Positions 29,142 to 38,100 of a DNA stretch of 45,001 bases are shown in pieces (within the stretch, counting starts at the first letter, position 1; every line of letters starts with the position of its first letter). Made by a program: the position numbers and the translations under genes. This DNA comes from a virus (Duplodnaviria; Caudoviricetes): IMG/VR virus record IMGVR_UViG_3300025676_000029, positions 1 to 45,001 of that record; one strand, written 5' to 3'. The notes beneath the pieces were generated by a model, which was given only the letters and a program-made list of their open reading frames with translations, was not told the DNA's origin and did no database searches.

Positions 29142-32100
29142 ATGGATATAAAAACAGTAGTACAGAACATGATCAATGCTGGCGAATCTGAAGAGAATAT
29201 CGCTAAAGTTATTCAATCGCTTTCGCCAAAGAAGGTAAAAGAAGAAAAGACAATTGTACACGCCGACGCTTTAGACATGGAAACCGAGGTTAGTGATGGT
29301 TGGTTTAGCATGGAAGAGGACGCCGCTAAGTTTTTTACTAAACATTACCAAAACCAAGGTTTAAACGTAGGATTTAAAGAAGCTAAAGTAGGACACAACG
29401 CGTTGCAAATGCAAGTTAATGGAAAGGATTTTGGTGAAATAATAACGCTACACCAAGGCGGTAAAGCAATGGATTTTGGAGAAATTCAAAAACATATACA
29501 ATTTAAGATAGATGACGCCGCTGCTAGTGGCGCTCTTGGAGAAGAATTTGGTGACAAAGAATCTTCAACTAAGAGAACGAAAGAAATCTTAAGCCTTATA
29601 CCTGATGCAAACATGCTTGAGAGTGATGACACTGGAGAGGGTCGGGCTGAACTTGCCCACGCCCTTGACAAGGCACAGGGGATAGACGTGCAATTTGACG
29701 GAAGAATTAACGAAGATGGTTGGGGAAACGAAGTAGACGTATTTGATAAATTCGGAAACAGAAGATCTACAGAAACTCAAAACGTACTAACCAAAGGAAA
29801 GGAAGTATTTGGAGAAATATTCGGAGCTATATCAGGAGAAGGATACGACCAGTATATAGGTGATCTAAGTGGTGGAGTTGAACTTGAAGACGGAACTTAT
29901 GTTCCTTATTCTTATATTTGGGATAGAAGAAAAGAATTGTTAGAGTTAAAGCAAGACGGATTGGGATTACAAACAGAGTATGTAAAAGAAGGTGATAAAT
30001 TAGTACAAACCTTTAAGTATGACGAGAACTCTGATATGAACTCACTGTATAATAAAAAAATATCTGAAGAAGGATTTGGAAGTGAAGGCGCGCTCGACGA
30101 CTACATAGGTGATAACGCCTTTGTATATTTTTCTCCAGGAGAGCAGGAAATAAGACTTAAACATATAGAACTTGAGGGTATTGAAGATGAAGCTGAAAGA
30201 GAGCTTATAAAAGCTGATATAAATAAAAAATGGAAAGAACTATATCCAGATTTATCTGATAGCGACATAGAAGATTTAACGCTATACGATAAAGACGGTA
30301 ATTTCCTTCGTATTAAAAAACCAAAGATAGAGCAAAGAGGTGATGTAACAGAAGAAGAAACTCTAATAGAAAATGAAGCTGATGAATTAGCTAGAGAAAA
30401 TATTAATGATTTAGATTATTTAGTTAAAAAACGCCAAGAAGCTTATTTACGTTTAATACTTTTAGCAAAAAGAGTTAGTGGCAATAAAGATAAGGTTAGT
30501 GATCAAACAAATTATTATGCAAAGCAATTTGGAGAAATGTTTGACTTTTCCAATGACGCTTTAATAAAGGATCTTTCCCAATTAGAGTCAATTGCTAAAT
30601 TTGAAGATATTTTTGCGATTTCAGATGCGCTTGGAGAAGGCAGAACGTTAAAAGACGTTGATATTGGTATTTTAAATCCAAATCTAGGGTCAGATGGAAA
30701 ACCAAGTAAATATAATATAACAAACGAAACGTTAAGTAATTTACCTGGCGGTTCGGCTTTGGCAGAGGAATACAACAAGGCTTTATTAGATTTTAAAGTA
30801 TTATCTAGATCCGTAGATTTAAATCTTGATATAAACCAAACGCCCGAAGAAGGTTTATTCACGGAGATTGTTGATGATCTAGGGAAAAGTATTGCTGGAA
30901 CTGGTATCGTTAACGAGGTAAGTCAAGACGAAGTTAGAGACGCTTATAGAGGTATATTGGAGCATGATGGCTACGAAGTTCCAGAACATGTTATAGAGTC
31001 GTCTTTTTGGAAGAACGGTAGGTTAGGTAAGAATAATGCGACTAGAGACAACATAGAATCTGGGGCCGAAATAGTAACAGATTTAGCACCACTATTAATT
31101 GAATTAGCTGTGTTTAAGAAACTTGGTGGATTAAAGAAATTACAAACCATACTTGGGTCTGCTAAAAACTCAAAGGGACTTCGTACTGGATTAATAGGTA
31201 GGCTTACTAACGGTAAAAGATTTCAAGGTAAGGTACCTAGATTTTTAGTAGATAAAATGATTGCTCCAGGTGTTATAACCGCTGCTGAGTGGGCTTCTGC
31301 TGAAAGTCTTGGAGAGTTAGCTACTGGTGGGGCTTGGAAAGCACATACTATTGATTGGGAGAAAGGTGAAACAAATCTAACTATGCCGATAGCTATGGGT
31401 ATGTCAGCTGGTATGTTTGGTGCGTTTTCTGGAGCGGCTATGAAAGGATTCGAAAGATATGTTCCTGGAGGTAAAAGATTTTTAGCTAACGTAAAAGATC
31501 CTAACGCTTGGCAAAACGCTAAAGCGCTTGGAATTGGAACAAAAAAAGCAGTGGGGACTCCTTTGAGAATGGCAGGACAAGGAGCCACAGCTACAGCACT
31601 GTTAGTAACAGCGGAAACAGCACAAGCTATTACAGACGATTTACTTGCAGACGGAAAAGTTGACTGGGCCGCAAAATGGAAGACTATATCAGATACAGAT
31701 CATTTAATCCAAACGTGGATGGCAATGACAATTCTAAGTGGTAAAGATGTAGTTCCAAAAGCTAGAGAAGCTTACAGAGCAGACGTCGCTAGATTAAAAA
31801 GAAATACAGAGGCAACAGAAAAAGCATATAAAGAATTAGGTGTTGATAAAAATTCAACAGAAACAGAGATAGATCAAGCTGCAGAAAGAAAAATAAAGGA
31901 AACTGAAGAGCGTGGTAAGTTGAAAATGATAGAACCAGAGCAGAGAAAATTAGATGGTAAACAAGTTCTTGATTTTCAACAAGAAAGTGGTTTAACTAAT
32001 GCTGAGGTAAAAGCTAAGGTTGAAGAGATCAAGAAGGCACAGAAAGATCTTCAATCAGATTTAAGGATAAAAGACGCTAAGGCAGCGGCTATATCTGCTG

Positions 32101-35100
32101 GTAGATACTACGAGGATTGGGTAAAGCCTAATTACGACCGGATGCAAAACATAAAAAACAAACCACCAAACGAATGGACTATAGATGATTACAACGCTAT
32201 AAGCGACCTTACGTTTGATCAAATGTACGATGTTTTAAGAAGGAATGGTATGGAACCAAATACAGCTGAATTCAAACTAGCCGAAGATATACATGCGAGT
32301 GTGAAGCATTTAGATTATGTAATTAAGGAATTAGGTATAGACGCTAAGTTACCAGAGTTTAGAGAAGAATATATACGAAATACTTTAAGTATAAATATAA
32401 ATGACTCTCGTATTAAACAACTAAAAAAGATAATTAAAGACGGTAAAAACGTCGGATTAGCTAAAGTTGAGTTAAATAAACTAGAAGAAGCTAATAAAAT
32501 AACTTTAGAAAAGAATATTACCCTTGACAAGAGAGCTGGTGTAGAATACGAAGTAAGATTAAAAGCAGAGGTAGCGGCAGCAAAAGTATTGGCAGAAAGC
32601 TTAGGTGCTAATATAAAAACATACAACGCTAAAGAGTGGAAAGAAGCAGGGTTTGAAGAGGCTGAAGGTTTTTATAGAGAAGTAGACAGTAAGGGAGAGA
32701 TACATTTAAATCTAGATGAAATTAGAAAAACTGGTAACTTAGGGGCTCCAATACATGAAGTTATTCATCACGTTTTGAGAAACGCTATTACAAAAACAGT
32801 TAAACTTAAAGGTGGAAAAACTAAAAAAGTTGTAACCGAAAAAGGTATGGAAATAATTGACGGTTTAATGCAAAAGTTTTCTCCAAAAGAAAGAGAGATA
32901 ATTCAAAAGAGAATTGACGATAATTATAGATATGACGAGACTGGTAAAGAAAAAGCCAAAGAAGATTATTACGACGAATATATAACTGGTATTGGTGATG
33001 CTATTAAGACGAAGCAAATAAAGTATGATCAAAGTAAATTCCGTAAAATAGGTAAGTTAATATATCCCATATTAAAACCTTTAATGCCGAATCTTTATGA
33101 TTATAAATTAAGTAAAACTAGTTCTGCTGAAGCAACTAAAGATTTGTTTAATATGCTTGGTGATATTCATTTAAGCTCTTCTAGTAAAAGAGTTCAAAAA
33201 GCATTGCAAAAACTCGCTGAAACAAATCCTAAAAAAGCCGCTGAAATGGCTGATAAGGCTATAGAGAAAAAATTATCTAAAACAAAAGAAAAGGAAATAC
33301 AAGATTTAGGAAATGAATATAGAGTACTAAACAAAAAGGGTAAAGAATTTTTACAAAAATCAATTGAGAGAGGTGTCTTTGATGCGGTGGAAGTAAAAAA
33401 ATACATGAAAAAGAATAATCTTTCAGAAGAAGGATATTTCAAGGAAACCGCGGATAATAAGTATTTTAGCGCTAAGAAATCTAAAGATCTATGGGATGAA
33501 AAAGGCGCTGATAAAGTTCTAGGTGAAATATATGGAGATTTAGAAAATCTAGCGGGTTCTAAAGCAAAAGAATACGAAGGCACGCCTGATTTCTCAAAAG
33601 AAGACTTTATAAGCAATACTGTGGTGGAAATGGTGATTCATACCCGTAATTTTAAACCTGGAGAAAATAATAATTTATCCGCATGGATTAACTCCCAATT
33701 AAAAAACAAAGCCTTAGAATCCATAAAGCCTAAAACCGGTATTATTAAGGGAAAGTTTGAAAAACAAATTGGTGGTGAAGAAATAAGAGATATAGAGTCA
33801 AAGGATATGACGGCTGAAGAAATATATGATGCTAAGCAAGCCGCAAAAGCAATAATTGAAAACGCTACTAATCTTAGAAAATCTTTAGTCAACGAAAAAG
33901 GTGAACATTATATTACGGAATCATTTATCAAGGAAGTAGAAAATGCAACTATGAAAACCTTGATGCAAAAACTACCAGAGATTCCTACTAAAGAATTTAA
34001 AAAAGCGTTGTCAGATTCTTACGATTCATTTCTTAGAGACAAGATGGTTCAAATAATGGGTAAGGGAAAAGAGTATGATACATTTTTAGAAAACACCCGC
34101 GAAACCATACATGAATACATGCCAAAAGAAACCTTGATACAATTAGAAAGATTAGTTCATAGTAAAAAAATATTAGCTAAATATCCTAATGCTAAAAAAA
34201 TATTTACAACTAAAAGAAGAATTACGAAACCTACTGAGGTTGATTTGTTGGTTAGCAAAGAATTACTACCTAAAGATGTTAGCAGAACCTCGGGCCCTAA
34301 TTTAATTACTAAACTTGAAGCGCCAGGTATTAGAGAACATATGGCTTTTTTCAGAGGTAAATATACAGATCCAATTACCGGGAAAACTGAAAGTATGTTG
34401 GATATATTGGGGTACGAAGTAAACGAATCTCAACTAAACAATAGGAAAAGTAAACTAGGAGGAGAGTTAAGTATCAATATGGCGTTTGATAAAACTATAG
34501 AAACTATGCGACTTCCTGAGGTAATGAAGAGAAGGAGAGAAATAGAAAATACTACTAGCGAACAAGCTCAATTAGAAATAGCTGAAATAGCTAAACGCAT
34601 CGACAGGAATCCTGACATGAAGTTTTCTAAAAACAAAGTAAAAGACTATGAGAACGCCGCTTCAGTAGAAAGAGATATGAACTACTTGCTTAGAGAAATT
34701 CGTTTAAAAGGTAGAGAAGAAGTTTATGATTCCAAGGGTAAATTATTAGATACTTATAAAGACAAAAATATAAGTAAGTTTACGTCTGATTTTATTTTAG
34801 ATTTAGATAACAGAGGTTTAATATATCCAGAACCTTATAAATCAGAAATCGTAGCCCAACAAAGATACTTACAAGGATTATCTAGTAGTATTAGATCTGG
34901 TTCTTTTGAAACAATACCTATACAATATGGAATAGAATTAGGGAAACCTTTTGGACTAGAGGTGTTAACAAAAAAAGTTACAGAAGGTGGATACCCTGAC
35001 TTCCACTCTACTGTCCACGGAGTACCTTTTAACGTTGAGGTTAAAATGTTTGATTCTCAACTACCAAGAACTGCCGTGGGTGCTACTTTAAACTTTACAA

Positions 35101-38100
35101 CGGGTAAACATTCGTTTAAAGGAATTGAGCTAGCAGATGCCCAAATGCAGGGCATGTTAACGGAAGTATCGCCAGCACTTAAAAATTGGCAAGATTTTGT
35201 GTTAAAAGAAATGCAACAAGTAGGTATAAACATAAAAGAAATAACTAACACAACAAAAGTTCCTGAAGATATATATTTAAAAGCAAAAAACGAAGGACTG
35301 CAAGTACTAACTAGTATAACTAAGCCGTTTGAAAACGGTCTTGATTATATTAGAGACAAATACGCTGCAAAAACACTAAAAGATGGTACTTCTGTTTCTA
35401 ATCACTACATAGAGGTACAAAGCACGGCTGGCAAGGAATTAGGATTGTATAAAATTAGTGATTTCAATCCTTTAGGATTAAAAGTACCAAAACTAGACGC
35501 AAAAGTAAATTTAAAATTACGTTTCTCGGCTACTAGTTCTACTCCGGTTAATGCACCTAAGGGATATGAGAAATTCCATAAATCTGGACAAAAATACTAT
35601 TCGCCATCTATGGCGTTTATTCCAGTTATGAATATGCGTAGTATATCAAAGAGCTCTCCATATTCTATATCTGTTAAATCAAAGTTCATGAAACTTCTTA
35701 AGTCTCCTGAGTTTGTGAAATTAAAAAAGCTAAATCCCAAAGAAGTAACTGACAAAATAACTAAAAATGTTCAAAGCATTGTTGGTAAGAAATACTCTAA
35801 GTCTACTAAAAAAGAGATTATAAAGGACATGGAGACTATCGATAAAGCCGTTAACTTAGGTAGACTAGTTAATAAGAAGAAAAAAGGTATGAGTGCTTGG
35901 GATTTTGATGACACGCTAGCTTATACTAAGGGTGGTGTTAGATATACTTTACCTAATCCAAGTGGTAAACCACAACCTAAGAAGAAAGTTATATTTGTGG
36001 CTGGTGGTGCTGGATCTGGAAAGTCAAATGTTATTAAGCAACTAGGGTTAGAAAAACAAGGTTTTAAAATTGTTAATCAAGATATATCTTTAGAGTGGTT
36101 AATGAAGAATCATGGATTACCTAAAGACATGAGAGATTTTACCACAGAACAAAAAAGTAAATTTGGTAGTCTTAGTCACCAAGCAAGAAGTATAGCACTA
36201 AGAAAAAGAACAAAGTTTCAAGGTAAAGGAGATGGTGTTATTGTAGATGGTACTGGAGCTAGTTTAAACGTTATGAAAAAGAACGTTAAGGAATTTACAG
36301 ACAAAGGTTATGATGTTCAGATGATGTTTGTGGAAACTTCTAAAGACGTTGCTGTCGCAAGAAACAAAGCTAGAAAAGAAAGATCACTTAGCACGAAAAT
36401 AGTAGAAGGCACGTGGGAAAAAGTTCAGGGGAATAAAAAAGCATACCAAGAATTATTTGGAGAACGATTTGCAGAAGTTAATACCGATAACTTAAAAATG
36501 AAAGATCCAATGCCACCTGAGTTGGTCGAAAGCTTGGATGCGTTTACTAAAGGATATATCAAGGCTAGACTAAATGCCGGTGAGTTCGCTGACAAAGGCG
36601 CTAAATTAAAAGAACAAGGAGCTGAATTTGATTTTGCTGAATTTGACGTTGTTACAGGTGGCAAAAAAGGACCTTTCTTTCAAAAAGCCTTAGATAGAGT
36701 TAAGAAATTCGGATCAGAACATCAGTATATAATAACCGCTAGACCACCAGAAGCACAAGTACCTATACACGAGTTCTTAAAATCTCAAGGATTAAATATA
36801 CCGTTAGAAAACATTAAGGGATTAGGAAATAGCACTGGAGAAGCAAAAGCTATGTGGATGTTAGAGAAGTTTTCAGAGGGATATAATGACATGTATTTTG
36901 CCGATGACGCCTTAGGAAACGTTAAGGCTGTTAAGGATGTTTTAGAACAACTGGACGTTAAGTCTAAAGTACAGTTAGCTATGCGTGGTGAAGACGCTAA
37001 GATAGAATCTAAAGAGTCAGTTAAAGACGTTGATAGGTTAGATGCTCCTGAGAACTACGACAATATAAAATATTCTAAAAGCCATAGATCTGAATACGAG
37101 AACACGATATCTAAACATCGTCCTGATTTAGTTAAAGAGGGAAAAGTGTCTCAAACTATAGACGCTATGTTTGATTTTGTAGACGGATTAAACATACCTG
37201 GAAATAAGAAAAGGAAGTATGAGCAAGTAACTACTAAGTGGTTAGCTACAAGTAACATAAAGCTAAAAGAAGATTCATATAAAATAAAAGAAGCTGTAGA
37301 ATTAGCTGAAAAACATAAAGAGGACATATTCTCTTATAAAAATCCTAATGAGATTATAGAAAAATATGCTGGTAAAGCTAAAACAAAACCAACAGATCCT
37401 AACACTGTAAAAGAGTTTGCTAAAGGCACGGTTACAAACAAAGAGTACGGTATAACAGAACACATTGTTGAGAACACTAAAGAGGGACAACTTGCTGTTA
37501 GAAAGGTTATGGATACTCATTTTGGAGAAAATTCTAATCCATGGTGTCTTGCGCAGAAGAAAGATGGTAAATTAACAGATGACGCTTGGATGAGTTGGAG
37601 AGGTTATGAAAAAGGCCCAAAGAGTATGGTATTCCAAAACGGTAAGTTAATAGCATTCAAAGGTAGTGAGCAATACTGGGACAGAATGGATAACGCTACA
37701 GACGCTCCTGTTGTACAGATTAAAGAAGGTAGAGTTACTAAAAAAGTAGAGTTAGTTCCTATTGGTGGTGGAAAAGCTTCGGAATTTGTTAGGGAAACTA
37801 GAACTGTTAGTAAGGACAAAAATACTGTTACAACAGAATATGCTACAGAAACAGAACATTATGAGGTTGGAACTACCGTTGTAGAAAATAGAGTTAATGG
37901 TATAACTGTTAAAAAGACTACATCTCGTCCTAGTTTTGACAAACAAGGAAACGATGTAATGCAAGTTATGGAAGTAGTAAACTATAATAAAAAGGGTAAA
38001 GCAACTAGTAACAAGAATTTTGAGGATGGGAAATTAATAGCTATTAACACATATGGTAGACCTTTTGGTGAGGCGAAAGTTGAGCAAATAATTAAAGAAA

